Below are positions 1-10,750 of a stretch of 64,000 nt of DNA, in pieces. The position numbers and the translations under genes were made by a program. The first letter of the stretch is position 1. Each line of letters starts with the position of its first letter. This DNA comes from Candidatus Latescibacterota bacterium (GTDB taxonomy: Bacteria; Latescibacterota; UBA2968). The stretch covers positions 5,120,001 through 5,184,000 of the forward strand of contig OZ242320.1 of the NCBI GenBank assembly GCA_965208125.1. Direction: 5' to 3'. Below the pieces are notes generated by a model. That model worked only from the letters and a program-made list of their open reading frames with translations. It was not told the origin of the DNA and searched no databases.

Positions 1-426
1 CGGACGCAAGCGCTCGAGGGTTTTGGGACCAATTCCTCTGACCTTTGTAATATCGTCAACCCGCTTAAATGCCCCATTCTTTTCGCGATAGGCCACAATG
101 CGTCCCGCAATTTGAGGCCCAATACCGTGCAAACGTTCAAACTCTTTTGCAGTTGCCGAGTTGATATCGATCAATTCTCTAACCTGGGGAACATCTTCTT
201 TCGGCGATGGAACTTCCACCGGACTCTGCCTATGTGTTAGAGAAGTAACCGGAAAAACTTCTGCCTTTTCTTCTGGCGATGGGACTTCCACGGCATTCTT
301 GCGCACCTCAAAGTCGGGAATGCTATCCGGATCTTTACTGTCGAGATAACGGATAACAATCCCCACAATAAGAACGCAGCAAAGCAGGAATAAGATAATT
401 TGTTCGTTGCGGTTAAAAGTGAACAT
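1..426 (-). CDS. comEA: ComEA-family helix-hairpin-helix DNA-binding protein (3' end runs off window)
   Basis: Not in the ORF track; translated by hand from ATG at 426: MFTFNRNEQIILFLLCCVLIVGIV (TM anchor)...IDINSATAKEFERLHGIGPQIAGRIVAYREKNGAFKRVDDITKVRGIGPKTLERLR, with two HhH GIG motifs. Confidence 0.9.
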   Translation of the reverse strand, partial: MFTFNRNEQIILFLLCCVLIVGIVIRYLDSKDPDSIPDFEVRKNAVEVPSPEEKAEVFPVTSLTHRQSPVEVPSPKEDVPQVRELIDINSATAKEFERLHGIGPQIAGRIVAYREKNGAFKRVDDITKVRGIGPKTLERLRP

Positions 427-438
427 AGAAAAGTCCAA

Positions 439-3400
439 TTACTGAAATCCGATTTCACCCCAGAATCGAAAATCCCAGGTCACATTAGTAAGCCCATCTC
501 GCAGGTGGTCTATACGCCGTTCATGGCGAAAAGTAGTACCACCCGTAAATCGCGAGCTAAAGTTATATTGCGTACCAAGGCTGACAGACCAGGATGTCGA
601 ATCTTGACGGGTAATGGGTTCGGCGGGCACATCGGGTTCGGCACTTCGGGGCATTTCGGTTTGCCTATTGAAAGTGTTCGAAAAAGAAAGCGTGAGATCG
701 AGATTGCGCTGCAATCTGCCGCGCAGTGAATAGCGCACATCTGCTTGCAATGAGCCGCTTTCCGTCAAAGTGGTTCCAAGCAGGCGGTCGGCAAGAGTCG
801 GTTGGACAGAAGTCGTATCGACAGTTACATTGCGCTGGTAGCGGATTTCATCGTTGCTACTTTGTCGGCGGCTAAATGTCGTATTCACCGCGCCTTTCCA
901 GCGCGCGCTCCACTGAAAAAGTGGATTGAAGGATATTTCTTTGGCATCGCTTGTCAGATAAAGCGGCGAGAGACTGAGGCTGCCATCACCCCGTCGGGTG
1001 CGCGATTCCTGGTACCCAAAACTGGCATTGGAATTGTCCCAGAACCAGCCGATCAAAGGCACGCGCTCAAGCCCGCGCCAACTCGCGTCAAATTTGGGAA
1101 AGACGACCTGATCGTCTTTGCCGAGTGTATTGCCCGTGCGTTCGTTTTCGGAATAATTGGCAGAAGTGTTGAAATTCAAGCCCAGAGGCAACCGAATACC
1201 ACTGGATACCTGCGTCTGTCTTCGCACATTGATAGCATTGGTTCTCGTTCCCGAACTCGTGGTTACAATGGGGACCTGGACCGTATCTTGAAAGCCAAAT
1301 TGATAGGCCAATGAAGGGCGGGCTGTGAGGCCAAACAAATTATTTGATTTATTTTGAGAAACACTGCTCGTCACATTTTGAAGACGGCCGCCCACTTTCC
1401 CAACCCATTCCAAAATGGAAAAACCACCGTCTTTGCCGGATCTGCGCGTCCAGCGTTGAAACAAACCGGGCAGATTGAGATTGACACGCGCATTCGCCGT
1501 CTGCTGGCTATTGACAGTAAGGCCGCGCCGGATGCTGCCGTACTGCACGCGCTCCCCACCGATTTCAAAGCGATCCGTGTACGAGGCCGAATACGACGGA
1601 TTTACGGTGATCCAGTTGGAAAAACGCGGTGTAAATCTTAAGTTGAGCGATTGGTTGCGCGATATTTCGCGTCCAAATTGGAGTTGGGTGAGGGCATATC
1701 CATTTCGCAAATCGCGGTTGATGGTGAGCGAATAATCGGCATTTAGACTGCGAAATGGCGAGAGTTTGATAGCGTAACTTTCGGTCAGATTGAAGGTTTC
1801 TCGCACCGTATCAATCACATTTGAAGTGTCGCCAGCAATAGCGCGAAATGAGGTTTGATCCGACACGCCACGATTAAAACGCAGGTTGTAATTGATACTG
1901 GTGGGCAGGTAAAAAAACTGCGCCTCTTTGAGCGGTTTGTAAAAGGGCAACCACTTGAAAATAGCGAAAGCTTTGCGTTGAGACCACGCCTGATTATAGG
2001 TCATGTTGCCGTTTAAGTTCTCGTTCTGGCTTCGCCTGCGCTGTGTAATCGCACCCGTAGTCGATGCATCAGAACTATAGTTGAGTGACGTGGAGGCTTT
2101 GTCAAAAAAAATGCGAGACAGCAAGCTCGGATCTTCGCGGGCAGGTCGCTTTCTCAGCGAAATGGTAAAGCGCGTCTGAGAGCGTATATCGCTTTCGTTG
2201 ATTTTTTGTTCGGGAGTGAGCACAATGTCCGATCCCGGGCGTATGCGGGGGCTTGATGTAAAGCGGTTATAGCTAAATCGGGCGGGTATAGAAGTATTCC
2301 ATTCTTTGGGGAAAAATTTGTCGATGTTGAGCTGGCTGTCAAAGTTGAAGCGCGTAGTGGTATTGCCCAAAGCCCTGCCTTGCAAGTCTTGAAAATCGCC
2401 GCTTCGGCGTTCCAGGTTGACTGTTAAATTGCCCAGATCGGCGAGGGTTATGCGTGTATCAGCCAGGGCAGACAAGGCGGGTTTTTTGCGGATTTCATCA
2501 ACGCGCAATTCGTCTATCCATATCTCGTTCTCACCCATGAGAATCTCATCACCGCGGTTGCGAATCCCCATGGTAAAGGCGCTAATCGCAGACAACGCGG
2601 GATTGCCGCGCACAATATAGGTGCGACCATCCACGTCAATCTCTATGCGACTGCCCTCCTGGTCATATTGGGCGAGAAAATCGCCGTCACGAAGCGACAC
2701 ACTAACGGTATCAGATGCTTGCTCGATGGATTGAAGGTCGAGCAACTGACCTTTGAGTTGCGACATGATCTCGAGGTCTAAACGGACGGTATTGGTTTCT
2801 TCTGCCCAGCCTCGATAAACCCGCGAGCGGTATTCGTAAAAGTTGAGAGAATCGTCATTGATGGGGGAAAATCGCATGAAAAATTCGATGGGACTGGGGC
2901 CAGTGCTCACGGAATCTACAGCGTCTAAAAAATTGGTGTTATACGTTGGATCAGCCGGGTTTCCGCCGTGCAAAAACAGCGTCATAACGCCGTATTCCGT
3001 ATAGTTCTCTCCATTGGCAAAGCTGCGGGACGCAGAGATGGATTCGCCGGGGTAGAGATCGACAAATTCAAGCACCAGAGAATTTTCAGACAAACGAATA
3101 CCCGTGGTGGGGTCTATTTCTTCATCGAGACCCGGAGGGGATTTGTAAAGGGGATTGTTTGTGCCAATAGTCGAAACCTGAAAATCGCCAGATGACTGTC
3201 CGACAGCGACCGGATCTTCCTGCCATTCGCTGCCAGTTGCGCCAAAAGTATAGATTTCGACAGATGTGGTGTCGTTGTGTTCCAGCCAGACGCGCACAAA
3301 GCTAATCGCGCTGGCAAATGTGGTATCGGGACTGCCTTCAAAGGTGCGGGGCGCGTCTTGTCCTTTGAGGGGAATGCGCAATAAACGCCACGGGGGATCC

Positions 3401-6400
3401 GTAACACCTTCGGGGAAGAGATTGGATTCAGTGCCGGGTACAAGCGTAGATGGGCCGGTAAATGTGCCCGATACAGGGGACACGCCCCGATTGCTGGACA
3501 AATCGACGCTGTATCGGATAAAACTTTCGCGCTGATCGAGAAAACCATTGCCGTTGAGATCTTCGGTATCGGGTCGAGATTGGCGCTCCGCTCTGTTGCC
3601 CTCTGTTCCGTTTAGGCCAGATGGATAGCGACGCAGGATATCCGTCGTGTTTTGATCCACGTCTTCAAAATTATCTCCCGAAGGATCGCTGGGCACAGTT
3701 ACACCTGGAAATATTTTTCGAAAAACCTCTGCTTCTTCGGCATCGGTCAATCCATCCAGACCAATATCCTCTTCTTCGACAACGATATCGTCTCCTGTGA
3801 GCAAGCCGCCGATGGGTTTGTCCTCTGTGCGGAAGCCACTCGGAAAACGCTCTCGATCATCTGGATCATTGTACATGGGATGATCAAGGGGCAGAAGGAC
3901 GCGCTCGGATACATCGCCCAAATCGATGTGCAGATGCCCGTCGTCTCCCCGAATCCAGAGTTCGAGAAATTTAGACCGCGACAAATCGGGAATATCGACA
4001 TATCGCATAATACCCGCCCATGATTGTTGGGGAATGCCTCTTTCGTTATTCTGCGAGCGAATGGGAAATCCATTGCTACGCGCGGGATCAAACCGCAGTC
4101 TGAGAACATCGACAATGTCTTGTTCCGCGGTTATGTCTGTGCGGGCGGGCCAAATTCGTGAAAGAGATGCCCTGTCGCGGTCAATGGGATTATACCACGT
4201 AAGCCGCCCTTGTGGCAATGTGAGCGATCCGTTGTTGCGAACGGGAACACTCGCACGATTCCACCCAATTTTTCCAATCCCCAATGGCGTACTCTTCAAA
4301 ACACCTTCAAAATCATCGATATAGGCCACATTTTTGGTATTGGGATTTGGCAAACTCTGCGCGATTTCAAAGTCCATGTCGATAGAAGACGGGGCCTGCG
4401 TATTCACAAGAGGAATTGAGTTGACGAGGTCGCTCAACAGTTTGGGTTGCATCCGAAAGCGCGCATTGGCATCCCACAAAATAGTGCGCGTGGGTTCCTG
4501 CCCAACCCGCACGCGCGGCGTGGCGGTACTTTGACTGCCGTAGAGCAAGGTCATGCCAATAAGTGAATACTGATCGTCAAAAGGCCGCTCGAGACGCAGG
4601 CCCAAAAGGCTTTTAGACGATTGCCCCAAACCACCAAATGGATTTTTGGTTTGATACGATATGTCCAATTCTGACGAGGGGTCTGCAACCAGGTCTTCTG
4701 CTTCGCCAATAAATTTCAAACGGCCTATCTGGTAATTTATTGTGTAGTCTTCATCGCGTCTTAAGGTTCGGTTGTTCAGGCGCACGACTTCGCTGTCTTG
4801 AACCAGTCCCGCAAATCCGCCGAGGTTGAATTCGGTCGATTTGCTCGTCGAACGCACCCGAATAACATACCGCCCTGCTTCCTGTCGGTTGGTCACATTG
4901 GTTTCGTTGTAAATGCCCGGCACGCGCACCTCGAGGTCGGGTGCCCCCAAACCCTCCTCGCCAAAAGGCTCGAGAAAGGGAAAAACGAGATGCCCTCTGG
5001 GGAGGTTCAGGCCGGGGATCTGATTCCCCGTACCTATATCGATGAGTCCATCTGGAGGAGAAGATTCAGAAGAGCGGTTGGTGTGCCGGTCGAGTCCAAA
5101 AATCTGAAGGAATGGCATGCCTTCCTGATTATTCTGTTCACTTTCACCCGGCACCTTGCGATAGATATCGACGAACAGACCCGTTTGATCGATGTTGCGC
5201 CCGCCGAGGCTATAGACATTGCGCCACGCAAGTCTCCATGTTGGGTCTGTGGGGCGCTGTTGTCTGGCTTTGATGAGCTTGAGTTGAATTTTTTTGTCGG
5301 GATTTCCCGGTTCGGGAATAAATTGTATATCACCAAAATTTTCACCCGACGCGGTTTGATAAGCCACCGCAAGCGTGTAGCCCCGCGAAATCTGACCTCG
5401 GTCATGGATGAGATAGCCTTCGGGTAAAGCCGTAAAATCGGTGGGGTCAAGTTCGTGAAATGTACCTTCTTCAACGCCCTTGTCAACACCACGCGAAGCC
5501 GCTTCATCGGGCGCCCCATTATTCCAGGCGAAGTATGCAACGCCGGGAATGGCCGAGTCTTCGAGGTCGTTTTGCGCATTGTAGTCGTTTATGAATATGC
5601 GCACGCTTTGTTCATTGACGAGATCGCCCGGCGCTGGAAGCCAGCCGTTGCGAAAATTTTCTCGATAAGCGTTATCGAGAAAAAAGTAGGTGTTTTCGAC
5701 GTATCTGTAATCGTGAATTTCGTCGGATCTTTCTTGCCCCTGGCCCGTAAAGGTTTGGCGATCGCTCGACGATTTGTCTTGAGACGTGACAACCGTAAAA
5801 TTGATGGCGCCAACCCGCCCCCGCGTTTTGATGCCAAACAGCCCACCTCTGTTGCCGCCGCTAAATCCAATCAGGCGCGTACCGGGCAACGCCAACGACG
5901 TGTTGCCCGCTTCTATGGTTTCAATAATGCCGTCTTCATCACCTGTGTATTGCAGGCGCAGGCCCTCGGCCAAATCAAAGCCTTGTCGCTCGCTATTTTG
6001 CTCCAATGAAACCATGATCCGATCGCCAATGGTGCCTTCAACAGTGAGTTGGGCCTCTTGCTCAAAATTGATAGTGGGAAAGCGAGATGTGCGCGTGTGA
6101 ATCGCTTGCGCCTCTCCCAAAGTGTATTGCGAGAGACCCGACAATTCGATGCGGCGATGCCCCCTGATGGTGAGATTAGCTGCCCCTTCACCAGTAATAG
6201 CACTCAAACGCTGGGGAACGCGAATCGGAATTTTGACATCAATCAATCCCTCGCCTTCTCTATCGTCATCCATGCGGCCTCCCAATCGCTCTAGTGCAAG
6301 GCGACGGGTATCATGGTGGAACTTGTAACGCATAAAGTCGCTTAGACTGATAATCACCGGAAGGCCATAAGGCGCACCACCCAGATCGCGGAACACCATC

Positions 6401-6633
6401 AGTGTATATTCGGTTTCCGTCTCAATCAGTTGCGCCGTAGGAGTCGCATAAGGGCGTCTTTGGGGAAAATAAGAAGTGGTTCCAGGAGTATCCCGCAAAA
6501 AGGCTTCAAGCGTTGACACACCTATTTGCGGGCGCAAACCCGGCGTGGCAAGAGCAATACTCGGGCAGAGCAACGCGAGAGAAAACAAAACACTGAGGAC
6601 ACGCGACCACAGGTGAATGTAAATAAACTTCAT
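439..6633 (-). CDS. sprA: SprA/Sov-like T9SS outer-membrane translocon
   Basis: ~2060 aa with a signal peptide. SprA-like segments (IEAGNTSLALPGTRLI...GLFGIK, AYIDDFEG, LHIDLGDVSE, DTEDLNGNGFLD, EIWIDELRV) and a beta-strand-rich C-terminus ending WGEIGFQ. Start moved from 6711 to ATG 6633 (6687 also possible) because a promoter lies at 6700-6727. Confidence 0.85.
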   Translation of the reverse strand: MKFIYIHLWSRVLSVLFSLALLCPSIALATPGLRPQIGVSTLEAFLRDTPGTTSYFPQRRPYATPTAQLIETETEYTLMVFRDLGGAPYGLPVIISLSDFMRYKFHHDTRRLALERLGGRMDDDREGEGLIDVKIPIRVPQRLSAITGEGAANLTIRGHRRIELSGLSQYTLGEAQAIHTRTSRFPTINFEQEAQLTVEGTIGDRIMVSLEQNSERQGFDLAEGLRLQYTGDEDGIIETIEAGNTSLALPGTRLIGFSGGNRGGLFGIKTRGRVGAINFTVVTSQDKSSSDRQTFTGQGQERSDEIHDYRYVENTYFFLDNAYRENFRNGWLPAPGDLVNEQSVRIFINDYNAQNDLEDSAIPGVAYFAWNNGAPDEAASRGVDKGVEEGTFHELDPTDFTALPEGYLIHDRGQISRGYTLAVAYQTASGENFGDIQFIPEPGNPDKKIQLKLIKARQQRPTDPTWRLAWRNVYSLGGRNIDQTGLFVDIYRKVPGESEQNNQEGMPFLQIFGLDRHTNRSSESSPPDGLIDIGTGNQIPGLNLPRGHLVFPFLEPFGEEGLGAPDLEVRVPGIYNETNVTNRQEAGRYVIRVRSTSKSTEFNLGGFAGLVQDSEVVRLNNRTLRRDEDYTINYQIGRLKFIGEAEDLVADPSSELDISYQTKNPFGGLGQSSKSLLGLRLERPFDDQYSLIGMTLLYGSQSTATPRVRVGQEPTRTILWDANARFRMQPKLLSDLVNSIPLVNTQAPSSIDMDFEIAQSLPNPNTKNVAYIDDFEGVLKSTPLGIGKIGWNRASVPVRNNGSLTLPQGRLTWYNPIDRDRASLSRIWPARTDITAEQDIVDVLRLRFDPARSNGFPIRSQNNERGIPQQSWAGIMRYVDIPDLSRSKFLELWIRGDDGHLHIDLGDVSERVLLPLDHPMYNDPDDRERFPSGFRTEDKPIGGLLTGDDIVVEEEDIGLDGLTDAEEAEVFRKIFPGVTVPSDPSGDNFEDVDQNTTDILRRYPSGLNGTEGNRAERQSRPDTEDLNGNGFLDQRESFIRYSVDLSSNRGVSPVSGTFTGPSTLVPGTESNLFPEGVTDPPWRLLRIPLKGQDAPRTFEGSPDTTFASAISFVRVWLEHNDTTSVEIYTFGATGSEWQEDPVAVGQSSGDFQVSTIGTNNPLYKSPPGLDEEIDPTTGIRLSENSLVLEFVDLYPGESISASRSFANGENYTEYGVMTLFLHGGNPADPTYNTNFLDAVDSVSTGPSPIEFFMRFSPINDDSLNFYEYRSRVYRGWAEETNTVRLDLEIMSQLKGQLLDLQSIEQASDTVSVSLRDGDFLAQYDQEGSRIEIDVDGRTYIVRGNPALSAISAFTMGIRNRGDEILMGENEIWIDELRVDEIRKKPALSALADTRITLADLGNLTVNLERRSGDFQDLQGRALGNTTTRFNFDSQLNIDKFFPKEWNTSIPARFSYNRFTSSPRIRPGSDIVLTPEQKINESDIRSQTRFTISLRKRPAREDPSLLSRIFFDKASTSLNYSSDASTTGAITQRRRSQNENLNGNMTYNQAWSQRKAFAIFKWLPFYKPLKEAQFFYLPTSINYNLRFNRGVSDQTSFRAIAGDTSNVIDTVRETFNLTESYAIKLSPFRSLNADYSLTINRDLRNGYALTQLQFGREISRNQSLNLRFTPRFSNWITVNPSYSASYTDRFEIGGERVQYGSIRRGLTVNSQQTANARVNLNLPGLFQRWTRRSGKDGGFSILEWVGKVGGRLQNVTSSVSQNKSNNLFGLTARPSLAYQFGFQDTVQVPIVTTSSGTRTNAINVRRQTQVSSGIRLPLGLNFNTSANYSENERTGNTLGKDDQVVFPKFDASWRGLERVPLIGWFWDNSNASFGYQESRTRRGDGSLSLSPLYLTSDAKEISFNPLFQWSARWKGAVNTTFSRRQSSNDEIRYQRNVTVDTTSVQPTLADRLLGTTLTESGSLQADVRYSLRGRLQRNLDLTLSFSNTFNRQTEMPRSAEPDVPAEPITRQDSTSWSVSLGTQYNFSSRFTGGTTFRHERRIDHLRDGLTNVTWDFRFWGEIGFQ

Positions 6634-6699
6634 AAGGGCTTTGGGAAACAGTCGGAAAGTTGTATTAAGGAGCGGGTGATAGGTCATTGAACAAAGTAC

Positions 6700-6727
6700 A
6701 TAATAGCACAAGCCACATGAAAGTCAA
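6700..6727 (-). promoter_or_regulatory. Putative sigma70 promoter for sprA-comEA
   Basis: Minus strand TTGACT-16 bp-TATTAT with TG one base upstream of the -10 hexamer. Confidence 0.5.
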
Positions 6728-6845
6728 GGTAAAATCCGCAGAAATTGGCAGGAAATAAACATCGGTAAGCGCGTCTTTTTTTTGAAGATAAAAAGCCGTA
6801 TATTTCGTTGAATCGTTAAACTCATTTTTTTAAAAAAGGTTCCTC

Positions 6846-8120
6846 ATGCGCTTGCGTCGGTATGTGCTATCCGAACTGATGATGCCATTTTTATTTAGTT
6901 TTTCCGTTATCATCTTTCTTCTGGTCATCGATCTCATTTTGCAAATGCTCGATCGAATTCTGGGAAAAGGCGTACCCATAGGTGTGGTTTTTGAGTTGTT
7001 TTTTTTAAACACGGCCTGGATGATTGCCCTCGCCGTTCCGATGGCTGTGCTGGTCAGTACCCTGCTGGCATTTGGACGCTTGAGTGCCGCGGGCGAAATT
7101 GTGGCCCTGCGTGCATTGGGCATTGGAATTCACCAGGTTGTCATGCCGGTTTTGCTCGTCGCCGCACTGCTGGGAACTGGGCTGGTGGTTTTTAATGACC
7201 GCGTGTTGCCCGAATTTAATCACCGCGCCCGCGTGTTGATGACAGACATTCACCGCAAACGCCCCGCGGTCGCGCTGACCGACAAGGCCGGGGTAATGAT
7301 TGGCGATTTCAAAAACTACCAGATTTTGTTTGATCGCGCCGATACAGGTGGCAATATTCTTTACGACTTGCTGGTATATAGCTTTAATAGCAATGGGTTT
7401 CCCGAAACAGCGGTTGCCGATTCGGGCGTTGTCGAATTTGACGAAGCGAGAGACGAAGCCCTGCTCTATCTTTTTAATGGGGAAATGCACCGCATTGATC
7501 CAGACGACCCCACAGTCTATGCGCTCACGACATTTGCCAAAGCCAGATTGCGGCTCGGAGATGCGGGCCAACAGCTATCGAGGTCTTCATCGGCATATCG
7601 CAATGATCGAGAAATGGATATCGCCACCATGCAGCATAAAATCTCTCAGTATGAAAGCGAATTACATCAGGCGAAGGTCAAAAGGGCGAACCTTTTAGGC
7701 GCGTTTGTGCGCGAGGTATTAATAGATTCTGCAGATACAAAACCCGTGCAGTCGCTGCGCGCTGTATTGGGGCGCATAGCAGCCGATACGCGGATTGAAC
7801 GCCATAAGTCGAGAGCCGCAGACCGATTGCGCGTGGAAGTACACAAGAAATTTTCAATTCCCGCAGCCTGTGTGGCATTTGTACTGGTGGGCGCGCCTAT
7901 CGGCGTGTGGGCGCGCAGCAGCAGTGCGGCAATTGGCGCGGCGATTAGCATTGGCTTTTTTTTAGTCTGGTGGATCTTTCTTATCGGTGGTGAAAAATTG
8001 GCTGACCGGGGTGTACTCATGCCCTGGTTGGCGATGTGGATGCCCAATGTATTGACCGTCCTCATCGGCGCAGTTCTATCTGCGCGAATTATCTGTGAGT
8101 GGAGCATAAAAAGGAGATAA
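6846..8120 (+). CDS. lptF: LPS export ABC permease LptF (YjgP/YjgQ family)
   Basis: 3 TM + periplasmic domain + 3 TM; motifs GRLSAAGEIVALRALGI and VEVHKKFSIPAAC. Confidence 0.85.
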   Translation: MRLRRYVLSELMMPFLFSFSVIIFLLVIDLILQMLDRILGKGVPIGVVFELFFLNTAWMIALAVPMAVLVSTLLAFGRLSAAGEIVALRALGIGIHQVVMPVLLVAALLGTGLVVFNDRVLPEFNHRARVLMTDIHRKRPAVALTDKAGVMIGDFKNYQILFDRADTGGNILYDLLVYSFNSNGFPETAVADSGVVEFDEARDEALLYLFNGEMHRIDPDDPTVYALTTFAKARLRLGDAGQQLSRSSSAYRNDREMDIATMQHKISQYESELHQAKVKRANLLGAFVREVLIDSADTKPVQSLRAVLGRIAADTRIERHKSRAADRLRVEVHKKFSIPAACVAFVLVGAPIGVWARSSSAAIGAAISIGFFLVWWIFLIGGEKLADRGVLMPWLAMWMPNVLTVLIGAVLSARIICEWSIKRR

Positions 8121-8122
8121 CC

Positions 8123-9193
8123 GTGCGTATTTTAAGCCGCTATGTCGTCGCCCAATTTGCAATGCCCTTTGGCGTCAGTTTGCTGGCTTTTGCCGTTGTT
8201 TTTGTCGTAATTGATCTGGTGGATCGCCTCAGCGCATTCATAGACAGAGAAGTTGGACTGGGAACAATTGTATCTTATTATCTCTGCTATCTGCCCTATA
8301 TTGTCGTCCTCGTACTTCCAATGGCGGTCTTGCTCGCGGGGCTGTTCTGTATGGGCGGGCTGATACAGCGCGGGGAATTGCTGGCAATGAAAAGTGCCGG
8401 CATAAGTCTTTATCAAGTCGTGATTCCATTGCAAATGCTGGCTCTTGGGATCAGTCTTTTGGCCGCTGCGATGGCCGATCAAGTCGTGCCGCGAGCAAAT
8501 CGGGCGCGATCAAAAATTGAACAACCGCGCCAATCGTCAATCGGGCCTCAGTCCATCCGCGTACAGGTCGCGCTGAGAGATACGGGCAGACGCGTTTTGT
8601 CAATGGTAGAATACGACGCCACGGCTATGAAAGGGCGGCAGGTGGTCCTCGACAAACATGAAGGCGGGGCGCTCACAGAGCGCGTTCGCGCCGAAGAGGC
8701 AGTTTGGGCCGCCTCAGAATGGCATTTTATTAACGGCGACCGGCGCGTATTTTCAGATGGAAAAGAATTTTATCGCACATTTCGCGTGTGGGCGGCAAAA
8801 GATGTGACCCTGACGCCCGAAGACCTCGTCCGCGATGTCGTGCCCGAAGATCAGATGACGTATTCCGAACTAACGGACTTTATCCATCGCAAATCGCGTA
8901 ACGGCAGTCAGACACTTCGAGAATCTGTAGCACTTCACATGCGTTTGGCATTTCCATTTGCAAACTTCGTTATTGCCCTTTTTGGCCTGCCTCTGGCCTC
9001 TCGCATGCAGCGGACGGGACGCCCCATTCAAATTGGCATGTGCTTGCTCATCTGCTTTGCATTTTACGGATGTGTTCAACTCGGGCGCGCTATGGGATGG
9101 AACGACGTCGTATCCCCTGCCTGGGGCGCATGGGGAGCAAATGCGATCTTTGGCGCGATCGGGATAATCACGCTTCTCACAACGCGCAAATAG
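8123..9193 (+). CDS. lptG: LPS export ABC permease LptG
   Basis: YjgP/Q family motifs GELLAMKSAGISL and RLAFPFANF; GTG at 8123 after AAGGAG; tandem with lptF. Confidence 0.85.
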   Translation: MRILSRYVVAQFAMPFGVSLLAFAVVFVVIDLVDRLSAFIDREVGLGTIVSYYLCYLPYIVVLVLPMAVLLAGLFCMGGLIQRGELLAMKSAGISLYQVVIPLQMLALGISLLAAAMADQVVPRANRARSKIEQPRQSSIGPQSIRVQVALRDTGRRVLSMVEYDATAMKGRQVVLDKHEGGALTERVRAEEAVWAASEWHFINGDRRVFSDGKEFYRTFRVWAAKDVTLTPEDLVRDVVPEDQMTYSELTDFIHRKSRNGSQTLRESVALHMRLAFPFANFVIALFGLPLASRMQRTGRPIQIGMCLLICFAFYGCVQLGRAMGWNDVVSPAWGAWGANAIFGAIGIITLLTTRK

Positions 9194-9255
9194 GGGCTTT
9201 GGTGGCCCTCTTACCTCTGTGTCCTGCGTCTCACCGCTTTTGGGAGGCTGGGGGT

Positions 9256-9290
9256 AATCCTGTACATCCTTTAATCCTGGGAGTCCTGAT
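9256..9290 (+). repeat. Degenerate ~9-bp tandem repeat (ATCCTG core)
   Basis: AATCCTGTA CATCCTTT AATCCTGGG AGTCCTGAT immediately before the sulfatase ATG. Confidence 0.55.
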
Positions 9291-9292
9291 CC

Positions 9293-10750
9293 ATGTCTGA
9301 AAAATACAATATTCTCCTGATGATCTCCGATCAACACAGCAAATATCACATTGGTGCTTACGGGGATCCCCTCGTGCGCACGCCCCATCTCGACCAACTC
9401 GCAGAAAACGGTATGCGCTTTACCAGTGCGTATTGCGCCTCACCCGTTTGCGTGCCCAGCCGCATGTCCTTTATGACGTGCCGCATGCCTTCGGCCAATC
9501 GCGTGTGGAATAACAGCCACCTGCTGCATTCAGGTATTCCCACCTGGGCACATGCCATGGGACTCGCCGGGTATGAAACATCGCTTATTGGGCGGATGCA
9601 CTTCAACGGACACGACCAGCGACACGGCTTTGAAAATCGCCCCTTCGGCGAATACGGTGCCACACATCCGGGTGCAAACAGGCAGGGCGCGCCCCTCTTT
9701 AAAAGCATTTCAACGGCGACCACCGGACAAAATCGCACAGCTGTCGAAGTCGCCGGACGGGGATATGGCTCGTATCACGTCTTTGACGAAATGGTCGCGG
9801 AAAGAACCAGTGCGTATCTGCGCGACAAAGCGAAAAATCCAGGCAATCTCCCCTTCGCTGCCGTGGCGGGATTTCTTTTACCTCACTGTCCCTTTATCGC
9901 GCACAAAGAGCTTTTTGATTATTACTACGACCGCGTCGATATCCCCCAACACACGCCCAATGAACCCGGAGCCATTCGCAAATTCAAACAGCTTCGCGGC
10001 CTCTATCCCCCCCTCGATGAAGAACGCATCCGCGTTGCCCGCGCCGCTTATTTTGGCATGTGCGAATACCTCGACCTGCAAATCGGGCGCATCCTTCAGA
10101 CTCTGCGAGAAACGGGCCTTGACCGCAACACGCTGGTCATTTATTGCTCGGACCACGGCGAAATGGCCGGGGAACACGGCTGCTGGTGGAAAAGCAGTTA
10201 TTACGAAGGCTCTGTCGGCGTCCCCCTCATCGCAAGCCTCCCCGGCGTAATCGCCCCAAATGAGGAAAGCAACCAGATATGTAATCTGATGGACATTGGC
10301 CCTACCCTGCTCGACATAGCAGATGAAAATCCCATGCCGGACATTCACGGACACTCGCTCTGGCCGCTGCTCTCGGGGCGAGATGCTGGCGATCACCCCA
10401 ATGAAACATTCAGCGAACACCTGGGGATAGAACGCACACCCTCGTGTATGATTCGAACTGGACCCTGGAAATGTTACACATATCACGACGATACCGCGCC
10501 CGTCCTCTACAACCTCAAAGACGATCCCGATGAAATGCACAATCTGGGCAGCGATCCTAATTATGAACACATCCGCGACCACCTCATATCCCGCATTTTT
10601 GAACACTGGGATCCCGAGTATGTACTCAGAGAAAGCGCGGATATTGATCGCGATATACGCCTGATTACCCGCTGGGGGCAAGCCATTCAACCCACCCTGC
10701 CCGACAGCGTTCCGGTGCCCGACGATGCCGAAGATATTGAATGTCTGTGA
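9293..10750 (+). CDS. Formylglycine-dependent (S1) sulfatase, choline-sulfatase-like, no signal peptide
   Basis: NILLMISDQH, CVPSR (CxPxR), GRMH, SDHGE, LYNLKDDPDE. Confidence 0.9.
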   Translation: MSEKYNILLMISDQHSKYHIGAYGDPLVRTPHLDQLAENGMRFTSAYCASPVCVPSRMSFMTCRMPSANRVWNNSHLLHSGIPTWAHAMGLAGYETSLIGRMHFNGHDQRHGFENRPFGEYGATHPGANRQGAPLFKSISTATTGQNRTAVEVAGRGYGSYHVFDEMVAERTSAYLRDKAKNPGNLPFAAVAGFLLPHCPFIAHKELFDYYYDRVDIPQHTPNEPGAIRKFKQLRGLYPPLDEERIRVARAAYFGMCEYLDLQIGRILQTLRETGLDRNTLVIYCSDHGEMAGEHGCWWKSSYYEGSVGVPLIASLPGVIAPNEESNQICNLMDIGPTLLDIADENPMPDIHGHSLWPLLSGRDAGDHPNETFSEHLGIERTPSCMIRTGPWKCYTYHDDTAPVLYNLKDDPDEMHNLGSDPNYEHIRDHLISRIFEHWDPEYVLRESADIDRDIRLITRWGQAIQPTLPDSVPVPDDAEDIECL

